From Saprolegnia diclina VS20 (lineage: Eukaryota): a stretch of 64,000 nucleotides of DNA. The notes under the pieces are model-generated. The model did not search any database, was not told the DNA's origin, and saw only the letters and a program-made list of their open reading frames with translations. Each line of letters starts with the position of its first letter. Position 1 is the stretch's first letter. This document shows positions 37,601 to 49,173 of this stretch, piece after piece. A program made the position numbers and the translations under genes. The stretch spans positions 195,844-259,843 of the forward strand of contig NW_008246080.1 in NCBI RefSeq assembly GCF_000281045.1. The letters run 5' to 3'.

Positions 37601-37964
37601 CGACTACAAGGAGTTCCTGGCGGCCTTCAGCGTCAAGGACAGTAGCGAGACCGAGATGCTGGCCAAGGGCGAGCTCACGTGGCAGCAGACGATTCTGCAG
37701 CAAGTGTCGAATGTCTTTTACCAGCACCGGATCCACATTCGGTCGGCGTTCCGTCTCTTTGACCAAGACAACAGCGGCAACATCTCGCGCGACGAGTTCC
37801 GCGCCGGCATCTCGACGTTCAATGCCATTTTGGAGATGCCATTGAGCGAAGACCAGATCGAAGCGCTCCTCGTGCACCTCGACACGAACCGCGACGGCAA
37901 CATTAGCTACAAGGAGTTTCTCGAAGGCTTCCAAGTCGTCGACGTCCGGCTGCAAGAAGAGTAG
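34627..37964 (+). CDS. CAP-Gly/IQ/PPEF phosphatase with EF-hands, copy 2
   Basis: VGKQVLVFGKHAG|VIRYV..LGVELQRPVGDCDG..HFACKPLHGIYVRE; AAACIIQCMWKRRR; GDLHGQ, GDFVDRG, RGNHE, VHGG, RSHE; at least six EF-hand loops; several intron positions shared with copy 1. Confidence 0.92.
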
Positions 37965-38337
37965 GCGACAACCCAAACCGCCATTTTGTTAAGTGCTCAA
38001 GACACCAGTCGCATTTTGCCCTGTACCGTGCGTTGCTACTAGGCGTTGGTGTCGACGCTATAGCGTCAGGTCGGGTGGAAGACGACGGCCTGCAACAGCT
38101 CCGAGCCCAAGGCGCAACCACAGGTGGTTATGACTGCGTCATTGAAGGACTGCCCCAGACAAGAACTGCCCAGCATCGTAGTGCTCTCCATAACCAACAC
38201 GATTGCTATCAAGAACTGAGCGTCGGGCTGTGGTTAGGGCATCTCGGACTGCGTGTTCTTTGTGGGGTTTGGGTTTCTATTCTTATGGCAGAGTTTAAAA
38301 GTGGAGCTCGAAATAGCCACCCAGTGTCGAATTCGGT

Positions 38338-38850
38338 ATGAGCTCCACGGGGTACGGCATCAGCGGGCATAAGAACGCGTTCTCGTCGGCCGTCAAGGTT
38401 GGCAACTACGTCGAGGACCAGTTTGGCGCGCAGCTGGCCAAAGGCAGCGTCGAGTGGCCGCAGCTCGGGCGGTCCGAGGTCCAAGATAACTTTGCCGACC
38501 CGCGCCTCAAGCCGCCGCCCGAAGACAAGCGCGGTGTGCACCACGAGACGGAGGCGTACGTGGCGCAGTCGGGGCTGTCGTACAGCCTCCTCTTTCCGCA
38601 CGGCCCGTCCGGGAAGGAGGGCGACAGCAAGGACTGGTGCACGACCAACCAGCTCCTCCACGGCGCGACCCGGATCCCGACGCGCAAGGTGTTTGAGAAC
38701 GGGTCCGAGATTGGCCCCCAGAGCATCGACCTGCGCGCCAAGCACGAAAAATCCATTGCGCTCCAGAAGAAGCTCGCGCGGGAAAAGCGCATCGAGACGG
38801 CGTACGTCTCGTCGGCCCACGCCAGCTCGGCGCTCGTTCGAAAGAAGTAG
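38338..38850 (+). CDS. Small protein, candidate ciliary microtubule inner protein (NWE-like motif)
   Basis: Clean 170-aa ORF with coding-like codons. N-terminal FSSAVKVGNYVED resembles the YSxxVLIGNWxEE motif of CFAP107/CFAP95/CFAP68-type proteins. Confidence 0.6.
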   Translation: MSSTGYGISGHKNAFSSAVKVGNYVEDQFGAQLAKGSVEWPQLGRSEVQDNFADPRLKPPPEDKRGVHHETEAYVAQSGLSYSLLFPHGPSGKEGDSKDWCTTNQLLHGATRIPTRKVFENGSEIGPQSIDLRAKHEKSIALQKKLAREKRIETAYVSSAHASSALVRKK

Positions 38851-40212
38851 CAGCTCTGTACTACGGTATATTCAAAAACCTTGCATACGTCAACGGGTTC
38901 TCCTGCGTGATACGGACAACAAAGTTAGCAGCTGCCGCAGCTGCTGAGCACGAACAACACGGTCGATCGAAGCCGATAGAGCACGAAACTTCACAAACAT
39001 CAAGGAGACGTCAACCGCGACCGCAGCACGGAATCATGCTGCACCGGCCACCAAAAGAGACAGAGGTGGTCATCAACGAACTTCGCTTGCTAGTTCGATG
39101 CGAACTGCACATCGTTGCCAACTTCAAGGCGCGAGCCAGTATGTAGGGACGAGTTGGCTTCATATCCTTGAAGGCCAGTGACCAAAGCAACGCGTTTGCA
39201 AAGAGACGGTGGCACGGGCTTGCTGTGCCGAGCAGAGTCCACACGCATTGTTCGTCCGTGTTGAAGTACGGAATTGAAAAAAACACGTTTTGATTGGCGG
39301 TTCTATTTTTACGCGACTGTGATTGGTGCATCGAATTTGCTGGCACACATAGGGATCACGCACGAGCCGATCCTGAAGAAGCCCACCGCCGCACTCTGCT
39401 CCCACCATCGACTATCTCGTTCTTGGTCAAAGCTATAAACAACAAGCCTGCTGCGACCAGCGCTGAAGATCGCGGCCGCTCGTGTCCAGTCGTCCCCTAC
39501 ACCGCCGGCACTACTTCTTGGCATGTTGAAGTCGCCATAAACTTCCATTGCGACAGGCTCGAGACAGTGCAAGGCGACGGGGCTGGTTGCGAAAAGCGAG
39601 GCAAGCGGCTGTACGAACGATGTGCCAAATCGATGGACGCGCGGGCTTGAACTCGATAGATCATCCACTTCGCCCTCATCGGTCGTTATTGCTCACGAAC
39701 GTCTGTCGACAACAACTGCTCCTACTGGATACAACAATCTTGCAACTAAACCCAACTTCTATTCATACAATTGAATATGCCATGACACGAGACAGGAGTC
39801 AGCTACGACGCGATTGCGCTGGGTCCATGGATACGACGTCATAATGCGTGCAGTTGGTACCACGGATTGTGCCAATCGATTATGCCGGGACATGGGCGAC
39901 GACGCCGTTTGCATCGCTCCAGGGTGACAGCTTCTACCTTCTGCGGTCGCATCCCAATAAGAGCGGTCCCTCCTTGATGACGATGACGTGTGCTGCAGCG
40001 GGTCTGCGCGTGGCGAGCTGCATCTTTTGAACTTGTAGGTGGTGGCAGCACATTTTATGGTACTCGTATACCCGTTATTCAGGAGGATATATGAGCGATG
40101 GAGACAAGTCAACTAGTTTCAAGCGCCTCGCAGTGCCACATCGATGACGCCTAGTTTTGTGTACACTATTGTCCCATAACACAAGAAAATGCCAATGGCT
40201 GAGCCATAATTG

Positions 40213-40890
40213 TTAGCGCTTCTTCGGACGCTTCTCGGCACGCAACGCTGCTTTTCGAGCCTCGGCTTCTTGTACTGCGACGACTGCAATGTACTCTTGG
40301 AGGTCCGCCTCGGCGTCGACGTTGGTCTTGATGGCCAACGCAGCCGTCTGGCGCCGCTACGTATCGAGAGATTGAAGGCGACCTCGGTGTGTGCAATTCG
40401 AACGAGGTTGGAGGTCAGGCACCGGGCGCCAAATTGAACCAAGTGCTGAGCGATCGTGCGTTTGGTGCAGTAGTGCAGCGGCGTCGACCCGAACCTACGC
40501 GAATCTATGAGTGTGCCTACCCTACTCGACCCACCGGTCCTTGGCCGTTGCGTCAGCGCCGTAGCTGAGGAGCCAAAACACGAGGCTGCGGTGCGCGGCG
40601 TGGACAGCCAAGTGCAGGGGCGTCGCACGGCCCTACTCGAGGCGCTCGAGCTCCGTCCTGTGATAGTCGCAGCACAATCGTACGAGCATCGTGGTGCTGT
40701 GGAGGTCGCACGAAGTGTGCTGGAGTAAGTGCACAACCACATGCTTTTGGCCGTGGACGCAAGCTTCGTGCAGCAAGGATCGGCCAGAGCTGCTATCCCG
40801 GCGGTTGACGACCGCGACGTCGTCGGCGACGTAGGCCACGACGCTGGCCAAGTCCCACGCCCCAGTGTCGTCGCTCTCGAACGAAACCAT
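40213..40890 (-). CDS. Small ankyrin-repeat protein (4 exons)
   Basis: SGRSLLHEACVHGQ, GRATPLHLAV..LLSYGAD and FGSTPLHYC joined by GT-AG introns; stop at 40213. Confidence 0.85.
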
Positions 40891-42509
40891 CGTGCAACCG
40901 CCGTCTCACTTGTGGTTAATGTATCTAGTACATAATTGTCGGACTGAGGCGCAGAACTTTAGCTTGGTACTCGCCTCCACCCCGCGTCAGTCAGTGGTCC
41001 CTAGCGCACTAGACGCGCCTGGCGTGTCACTTCTTGGTTGTCACTGCGCCAGCATCGTTCGTACTTGAAGTACTCGATTCGACGGTGGGATTGCGCGCAC
41101 GACAGCCACGCAATATTTTGGCGCCGAGGGGGCGAGGCTGCGCTGATTCTTTCGCAAGAAGTACTAGAACTAGTAGCTTTTTGATTGGACCGACCGAGTG
41201 TGGAAATATTGTCTTGATGACGGCTCTACGGTTGCATAAAAAGGAGGTCATTCCTGGCTGCTTGCATGACGCTACTGTACTTTGCCAAGACGTCGGTGGT
41301 GTTGTGCGTGTGCCGTGAGCAATGCAGCGCATCCTGGCGCGCTGAGTGCGACGGTGGCGGCGTGCGATTGGCAGTCGATCCAGACAGATTCGATTTCGCA
41401 GTCACAATGCACCTAGCAGTATCTACCTCGCTCGCATGAGTGCGCCAAGATCGCACAGCTGACGTTGAACTAGATAGTCCATTACCGACAGTATTAGTAC
41501 ACCCACGAAGGAGCTGCATGCGCTCACCTCCTTCACTAAACTTGAAGGACCGGTACCAAGTGTGTCCAAGGACTGCGCTCGGCGATGCATACCGAAGCCT
41601 CCGAGACACCACCCGAGCAACCACTGATAGCATATATTTTCACAAAAACGATGATGAATCTGCTGACGACCTTGGCAAGGAAGGTGGTGCGGAACAACGC
41701 AGCTGCAGGCCAGTGCCATTAAGTTCCAACCCACGCACTGTGGGACAGTCGCGAGTGTCAATTTGCCCCGGTTTTATGCCGCGACAAGCGCGTCATCCCT
41801 GCATTACACGTCGCCCAAGCCCTGCGGTGCACTCGCTTGCACTTGCTACGATACGAAATAACACTGCGTTGGTAAACGCATGGAGACTGCGTCCAGCCAA
41901 CCGTCTCCAACAGACGCGAAAAAAACTCACTTGACGCGCAAGCCGATCTGACGTGAGGGTGGCGGCAAGTACTGTGCATTCCATCATGCCATCGTGACAC
42001 GGTGTGACGCGATGGCATCATGCTTGGCAACGATGTTGCCATGGTCGGACAGATGCCAGCTTTCCCGCTAGAGACCCCCACTGCGCGCCAACAAGAGCGG
42101 AAGAAGAAAAGGAATAAGCCCGTTCACCTCGGTCGATGGGTGAGAGTGGGAGCTATCATAAACATCCGCACCAAGGACGGTGGTAACGAAACAAGCTGGC
42201 GAGATTCAGCAAACGGCAGCGACCGGGTCCACCATCGACGCATGTTTTTCCAGCCGTCGCCAACAAGTTGGCACTCGATCGGCACGCCGACCGTTGGGGC
42301 CGCTCAGCTGTCCACGCCCCGGCGCGGGCTTCTCCGAGAGCTTGGGTAGAGTGGCACCGATGGCTAGACAGACGACCCCTTTCTCAGGCGGAAGCTAGCG
42401 CTGCGACGACTGCATCGCACCCATCCATTATCCCACACTACGAGAGTAGTATAAATGGCGCCGCGTCAGACACTTGTCAGTTGGCAACTTGCTTCATTGG
42501 ACACAGGTC

Positions 42510-43103
42510 ATGCCCCACCGACGCAAGGTCATTTGCTGCTTCAAGGACTGCGTCAACCCGGCCTTGGCGCGGTCGACCAAGTGCCTCCTCCACCGGTACC
42601 GCGAGCGCTGCGAGGTCGAGGGCTGCCCCAACCAAGTGTACGCGCGCCAGCGCTGCGTGCGCCATGGCGGCAAGCGGCGCTGCCAGCGCGCGGGTTGCTG
42701 CCGCAACGTCCGGACTGGCACATTTTGCTCCAAGCACAACCCCGAGGTCGACAAGCAGTGCTCGGAGGAGGGCTGCACGCGCCAGGCCCACGCCCGCCAG
42801 AAATGCGTGCGCCACGGCGGCGGCCGGCTCTGCAGCGTCGCGACCTGCTCGGCGTATGCGCGGCGCGAGGGCATGTGCATTCGGCACCACCGCCTCGCGA
42901 CGGCCGAGTCGTCGCTCGACGACTCCAACACCATGTCGGAAGAAGATTTTGCCGCGCTCCTGGAAATTTGCGAACACGACGGTGATGACGACGTCGTCGA
43001 CGCGCCGGTGCCACCCCAAGAGGAGCTTGCGTTCATCGATTCGCTTGTCAACAGCTCTGTGTTCGACCACGTGGTCGAGTACGCGGTCAAGCGGTCGGTA
43101 TGA
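42510..43103 (+). CDS. CxxHGG-repeat (WRKY19-like) zinc-finger protein, copy 1
   Basis: Repeats such as CEVEGCPNQVYARQRCVRHGG and CSEEGCTRQAHARQKCVRHGG; acidic tail. Confidence 0.88.
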   Translation: MPHRRKVICCFKDCVNPALARSTKCLLHRYRERCEVEGCPNQVYARQRCVRHGGKRRCQRAGCCRNVRTGTFCSKHNPEVDKQCSEEGCTRQAHARQKCVRHGGGRLCSVATCSAYARREGMCIRHHRLATAESSLDDSNTMSEEDFAALLEICEHDGDDDVVDAPVPPQEELAFIDSLVNSSVFDHVVEYAVKRSV

Positions 43104-45519
43104 CCCTCGCAGCGTCGTCTTTTCTCCCGGAAAAGACCGACCAGACTGACTTTTAAAGCGCCCTATTTGCTGGAATCGAAGCCACGTATTTGTTGAATCT
43201 CTTATCGCAGCCTTGGGTATGCTCCAACATCCTCTTTCGGATGTAGGTACTTCGTCGCCAGTGCTTTGTCGCTACCATTTTACCAATCTTGGAAATTTTA
43301 CCTCCACTGTTCAACCTACTGCGAGACATGCTCATGCCCACACGAATGCCCAAGCTTTTTTAATGTACCTGAGGAGGAATGCGCCACGTGATCTCGACTC
43401 GTTCGAGAGACTCTTGATCCAGCCCATGCACATAAAAATAAAGATGAAAAGAATAGGCGCGAAGGGTATCGAAGCGCCGCCGTCGCCTTGCTATGGATCG
43501 TCACGCCGTGTCTAACGCATTGCAATACGCTGGATGCTGGATGAAGACAGAGTTTGCCAGCACATCGCGACCTCGATTACTTGTCATGTGTACTAGTACA
43601 CGACCAATAGCCCTTGCTGTTAATATACCGGATTTTCTGTCCATTTGTTTGCTTGAAATAATCTTATAGCGGCGCCATGAGAAACATCAATGACAGGAGT
43701 CTCGCCGAGATACCGGTAAGACCAAGCATCAATGAGCCTACTAAGAAGTACCACATGAGAGCGACGCAGCGGCTCGAGTGGAATCTTGCACCTCGACGAG
43801 GTCAAGGTGCGACGTGAAGGCCACTTCGTATGGGTGTACGTAGAGCGCAACGCTGCACCTTGGATGTGCAAGCGGGAAGGAGCTCAACCTCCGAATGATT
43901 TTGCTTTGGCACGGCAAGCACATCGCCGTTCCTCGTCCAGCACCAACGAATACGTCAATGATACCAACTGCAGCCAAGCAGATGTGTACAAGTGACCACA
44001 TTTACTGTACATAGCTCCCAGAAGAATCACGACAAGCACCCAAGTGGCTCGCTCCCACAGCAGCAGCAAGCGACACATTTTGATGCGAGAGGGCTTGGTG
44101 ACTAGCTCTGCTCGCCATTTGGCAGCGAAAACGGTGACGCACCGCGAATGAGTTTCGTGTCGCGTTTCGAGTTTCGAGCTGGATTGGGCGTCCAACCAAT
44201 GCTTCGTCGGCTCCTGAACGACGAACTATAGTACCTCAGTTGCTCGAGTCATAGGAGCGGTGCCAGTAAGATCAGCGAGCATTATGCTCTCGTGCCGGCG
44301 TCAACGGGTGCTGCTCCGCCGTGCGCACATCACCGCACATCACCGCAGTGTAAATGCAAACTCGCATAAAAACTACGTGACGACCGCAGTATATGCGTTG
44401 AAGAGTCCAGAGTCCAGCGCTTGGGATCCAACCGCATTTCTTTAACACCAACCGCGACACCTACCCCTGCGACACCTACCCCTCCAGCAAACCGAGATTT
44501 CGCAGCATACGCCCCCAGGATGAAGACGCGTCGTACTGCGTACGGCTGCTTTGGCTGAATAATGCCAGGTACGCCACCATACCTCGCAGCGATACATACG
44601 TCCTGCTTGAGCGGGTCTGGAAGCATGTCGCGGCTGAGCACAATCGACCCATTTGTGTGCTGCGTAAGCGCTCCGAACCATTCGCACCTGACGCCGTCGC
44701 GGCGACCGGCCTGCGCGTATCTCGAGCATCGCCATTCAGGGTCTACGGGCTTGTCCACGGGATGTTCACGTAGTCGAGGCTGGCGTCCGTGTGGGTGTTA
44801 CGCCGCAAAATGTTCACGGCGTCACGAATCCCAGCGTCATCGTTGAGCTCTAGTGTACCGGCAGACGTCGTCGTATGCTCCGAGTGCCAACTTTGGCTCG
44901 CCTCGTGGGGACGAGTAGCCGGTCGTCGGGACGTCCGAACGGCAAGTGCCGCTCAGCGTTACGCGCGTCGCAGTGTCAGACAGAGCCATGTGGCAATAAC
45001 CTCACGCCACGTCCGGTGCGCCTTTCGGTCTGGAGGGGTCAAACGTCGGAAGCAAAGTAGGTTTACCCAAGAGCGCGGTATTGGATGACTTTTCAATGGT
45101 GAGCACAAGAGAGGCCGGCCGCGTGTAACCGCCTTGCGCAGGTACTGCTCCCTTGGCAACGGGAGGATCGCCACTGTACCTACTACGTCCGTTCCCACCG
45201 CATTGTACGGTTCATGCGCACCCGACGTGGCCCTAAGCCGCCCGACGAGCAGTCACTGTGGTTCGTGGTGCTTACTCGAGCTTCGCGACGACGTCGTCGT
45301 CGTACCTGAGCTCGAAGCCGCGAGTAGCTGGGCTGGAAAGAGCTCGTACAGTGCAGTCGAAAGATTCAGCTGGCGACGTCTTGCGTATGACCACTCTCCT
45401 CCTCGCCGCGTGGGCGCACAGTTGGACGTCAGCCGCGTAGTAGCATAAACAGCTCCTGACGCCATTCAGAATTTGCAAAGCAAAAGCGTCCGATCAGTTT
45501 TGCCATTTTCAAATCTGCC

Positions 45520-46044
45520 ATGCCGAGTCGCCGCAAGCTGCACTGCTGCTTCCACACATGCACGAACGTGCCGCAAGCCGGGTCCTCCAAGTGCACCTTC
45601 CACCGGTACCGCGACCGGTGCCACGTTGAGAACTGCACCAACCAGGTCTACGCGCGCCAGCTCTGCGTACGCCATGGCGGCAAGCGCCGCTGCCAGCACC
45701 CGGCCTGCTCGACCAACGTGCGCTCCGGTCGGTTTTGCTCCAAACACAACCCGCACATTGACAAGCAGTGCACCGAGCCTGGCTGCACGCGCCAGGCCCA
45801 CGCCCGCCAGCGCTGCATTCGACACGGCGGTGGCCGGCTCTGCGGCATGGTCCACTGCGACGCCTACGCACGACGCGAAGGCATGTGCATTCGGCACCAC
45901 CGACTCGCAACGACGACACCGGTGGCGACACCCGAGACGCTCCTGGCGCCGCCGTCCGACGACCTCGATTTCATCGACGAACTGGTCAATAGCCCAGTCT
46001 TTGACCACCTGGTCAAATACTCGGTCGGGATGCTGCGCGCATGA
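45520..46044 (+). CDS. CxxHGG-repeat zinc-finger protein, copy 2
   Basis: Collinear with copy 1 (NQVYARQ, CVRHGGKRRC, YARREGMCIRHHRLAT, FIDxLVNSxVFDH). Confidence 0.88.
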   Translation: MPSRRKLHCCFHTCTNVPQAGSSKCTFHRYRDRCHVENCTNQVYARQLCVRHGGKRRCQHPACSTNVRSGRFCSKHNPHIDKQCTEPGCTRQAHARQRCIRHGGGRLCGMVHCDAYARREGMCIRHHRLATTTPVATPETLLAPPSDDLDFIDELVNSPVFDHLVKYSVGMLRA

Positions 46045-46434
46045 TCGTCCTAGCTTGCTAATTCTCTAACATTATTCTTCCGCGTTTCGCGACTTGCTTG
46101 TTGGCGTGGCGAATCAGGCGTGTGTCCCCTCGCCCCAAGTACTGTTGACGTAGCGCCCGCCTGTCTCTGCGCCCACCTGCACGCGCGGCTATGCTGCGAA
46201 TCTCGCGTCATCTCTGATGAAGAGTAAGCCTCTTGCTCACATCTTGAAGCAGGTACCGTGCTACATCCGTCACCCGTCGTAGCCGAGTGGTCGGCGTCGA
46301 TTTGGGCGGCCTGGACACGACGACATCCGATGGACGGACACGCATCTGTCCGACCTTGACGTCTTTGTGACAGCTCCCGGGTGCGGTTTGTATCACACCA
46401 GGTGTGACGAGAACCAATGCAAAAGCAGATCGTC

Positions 46435-48867
46435 TCACATGATTATGCAATCTCCTCGTTTCGGTCTACGTACCCTAGTCCCTACAACGCGTACGTCTCT
46501 TCGATTTCAATGTACTTGGACTTGGGCGCGATCTTCTTGGCGAGGTACATCAAGCTCGTGACGTTGAGCCCGCCGCTTTTGCGCGGGAGGCCGCGCCGTG
46601 AGCGTCGCTGCTCCTCGTCTGTCTCACTGAGCAATTGCAGCAGGTCGACCTTGCGGCCTTCGGGGAGACAGATGCCTACACGCACCTGCATACCCAATGC
46701 GAGTGAAGACGAAAAGGCGTACTCAGGTGCGCTGGCGCAGGGAGGGCTGTCGGCGTTACTACTGCGTCGTTTGGCTTGGACGACCGTCGCATCTGGCGCT
46801 CTTGTCGGCGCTGGGCCTTTCGTCGCTGAATGTCTTGGGCTTGGCGAGCCTGCTCCACTAGTCGCATTCGAAAACGCTTCAATTCGGTTTCTGGTCGATG
46901 ATGGGAGACACCTTGCAGTGTCAATGCGAGCTTCCGTGACTCTTCTGCGTGTTCCTGCAGCACGCGTTGCAGCGAGACTTCCATGTCCAGCTACAGTATG
47001 CAGCTACGGTAGTGCGCTCAAGACGGTCTTACCAGCGCGGCGTCCGGTGTTGTCGACACAGACGCGGAGAGACGGTCGTGGACAGTCTACGAAAGCCCCG
47101 TTTTTATGGCGCCAAGCAGTGACGCGAATGAAACTCTACGTGGATACTCGAGTGGTCGATCTCCGTTGACGAGAGTGCGACCTCGTCGATCGCACCTCGC
47201 CTGTCGACGTCGCCTGTCGACGCTTCGCTACATAGATTCGTTGCGACGTCGTTCTGTATCTTGGCGTCTTTCTTGTCCCCGTCCTGGCTCAGATCCTTGG
47301 CGTCGGGTACCATTTGCTCGCTCATCGTGGCGATCACAGAGCCAAAAGCGTACGGCTGCCACGTGTTGGTCTCGTCGTAGTAGCCCAATATCGGGCTGCC
47401 GTCTTTGGCTTGCGGTGGCTCCCACTGCGACGTTCCCAGAACGCTGTTGACGTAGTAATATGCACTGTCGAGGTCGCTCCACGTCTGCACCCATCGGTCG
47501 GCGGCGTCCTCGTCCTTGGCGTCGGCGCGGGGACTCGCAAAGCTGAGTGCTTGGAGCTCCTTGCCCAAGTCGATGGCTTCGGATTCGAGCAATAGCCATT
47601 GCAGAATATCGCGCACCATCGGCGCATCCTAATGCTTCTCGTTAAAAAAAGTGCTGTCGAGGAGGGTACCGCCGGGGCCAAACGCGCAAAGACAAACGCC
47701 GCAATCTCATCTTCGCACGTGGCCAAATCGTGCTTGTGGTGCACCTTGTCTTTTAGAAAGAGGTAGCTACATGACAATTTGGACATCCTCTTTGGGCGAT
47801 GACAAATGTACAGCTCGTCCAAGTGCTCGGGGCGCACACTTGTCACTGCAAAACAGCGCTTCTTCATCTCTCGAAGCTCAGCTGGAATCGCGTCGAGGCG
47901 GTCGCAGACGTCGCTGAGCGTTGATTCGTGCTATGCACAGAACTGCTTGAGCACAGAAACGATATAGACCGCGCGTACCTTGGCGTCGGCGTCCATACAA
48001 CAAGACGAAGTACACAGCTGCCGCATCCGGCTTCGCATTTGCGCGTTCTCGTCGGCCAAGCGCTGGGCGACAACGAGGTCGACTCGAAGGCGCTAGCAAA
48101 ACGACACGGTCACATGCACGCTAAGAATGCCCTACCTCTTTGGTTAGCGCGGCTTGCAGCTCCGTGATGCGTGTGCGCAGGTCTTCGGCCTCGACGCCTA
48201 GCGCGACGGTCTATCCCAGGCGCGCGTTTGTTGATGTCAACCTGCGGCATTCACCGTGGCCGCCAAGCGCTGGTACGTCGTCGTCATCTCGAGAATCACG
48301 CGGGCCCACGGGACATACGGCGTGTCTTCGTCGGGTAGCGAGCCATCGTCCTACGCATTGGCATTCATAAAATTTGTGGATTTTGCAATCAGAAAACATC
48401 TTCTTATTGATGGCACGTACCGAGGCTTCGAGGAGCGACCGAGCGAGCACATCTTGGAGGACCCACTCAGAGGACGCCAACTGCGCTTGTGCCTGGCGCG
48501 TCGCGCTCTCGGCCGACGCATGGACGTACGCAGCCATCCGGTCGCAAAAGGCGCCAAAGTCTTCGTACGACAAGAGCGTCTCCACAAGGGCGCGCGTGCT
48601 CGGGGCACGAACGCCGTTGCTTGCTTCCTGCAGCGCGTCGAAGAGCGTCGACGGGTCGCAGCCGAGGTCCAGCACCATGGCCTCGAGGAGGCGCTCGGCC
48701 ACGTCGGTGAACTGCGTAAAGACCGCGTGCTGCGCCAGGGTGTGCTCGTCGGCGCGCGAGTGACCGACGAACGCAGCCTTGTGGGCGGCGAAGAAGCGCT
48801 CGAGCGGCAGACGCCACCCGTCGCCCTCGATGAACTGCGCGACTGCATCCACGACAAAGTTGCTCAT
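46435..48867 (-). CDS. Multi-exon BART (ARL2/3-binding) domain + WW + coiled-coil protein, possible C-terminal CaaX
   Basis: BART-like VAQFIEGDGWRLPLERFF..EHTLAQHAVFTQF..LLE..LLSYEDFGAFCDRM; WW-like WVQTWSDLDSAYYYVNSVLGTSQWEPP. About 10 GT-AG introns keep frame. The last exon is uncertain. Confidence 0.72.
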
Positions 48868-49173
48868 GTCTACCGTTTCAGTGGCGACACGAGTCTGATA
48901 GCTCGTATACCAACGACGACGACTAGTTAGTCGATGCGACGGTATTAGTCGGCGCTGCCATACCGAGGAGACGTGGTATGCTCGCATGTGTATCTGGGTA
49001 CGAAGAGGACGCGGAAATGACCAGCATAATGCATGGCATCATGCGATCGAATGCGTGTATCGGAGTGCTGACGGTGTAGTATCAAGGTGTCAAGTCACCA
49101 CGCCCCTTCAAGATACAGGTGGCGGTATCCGGACGATGTTTACCGGATGCGTTGCTTCAGATCGAGGTGACCG

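Noticed and set aside
38900..40200. Short ORFs in a 1.3-kb spacer
   Set aside because: No coding-like codon pattern or domain could be supported.
44454..44483. Two-copy 15-bp tandem GCGACACCTACCCCT
   Set aside because: A simple local duplication with no spacers; not CRISPR-like or telomeric.
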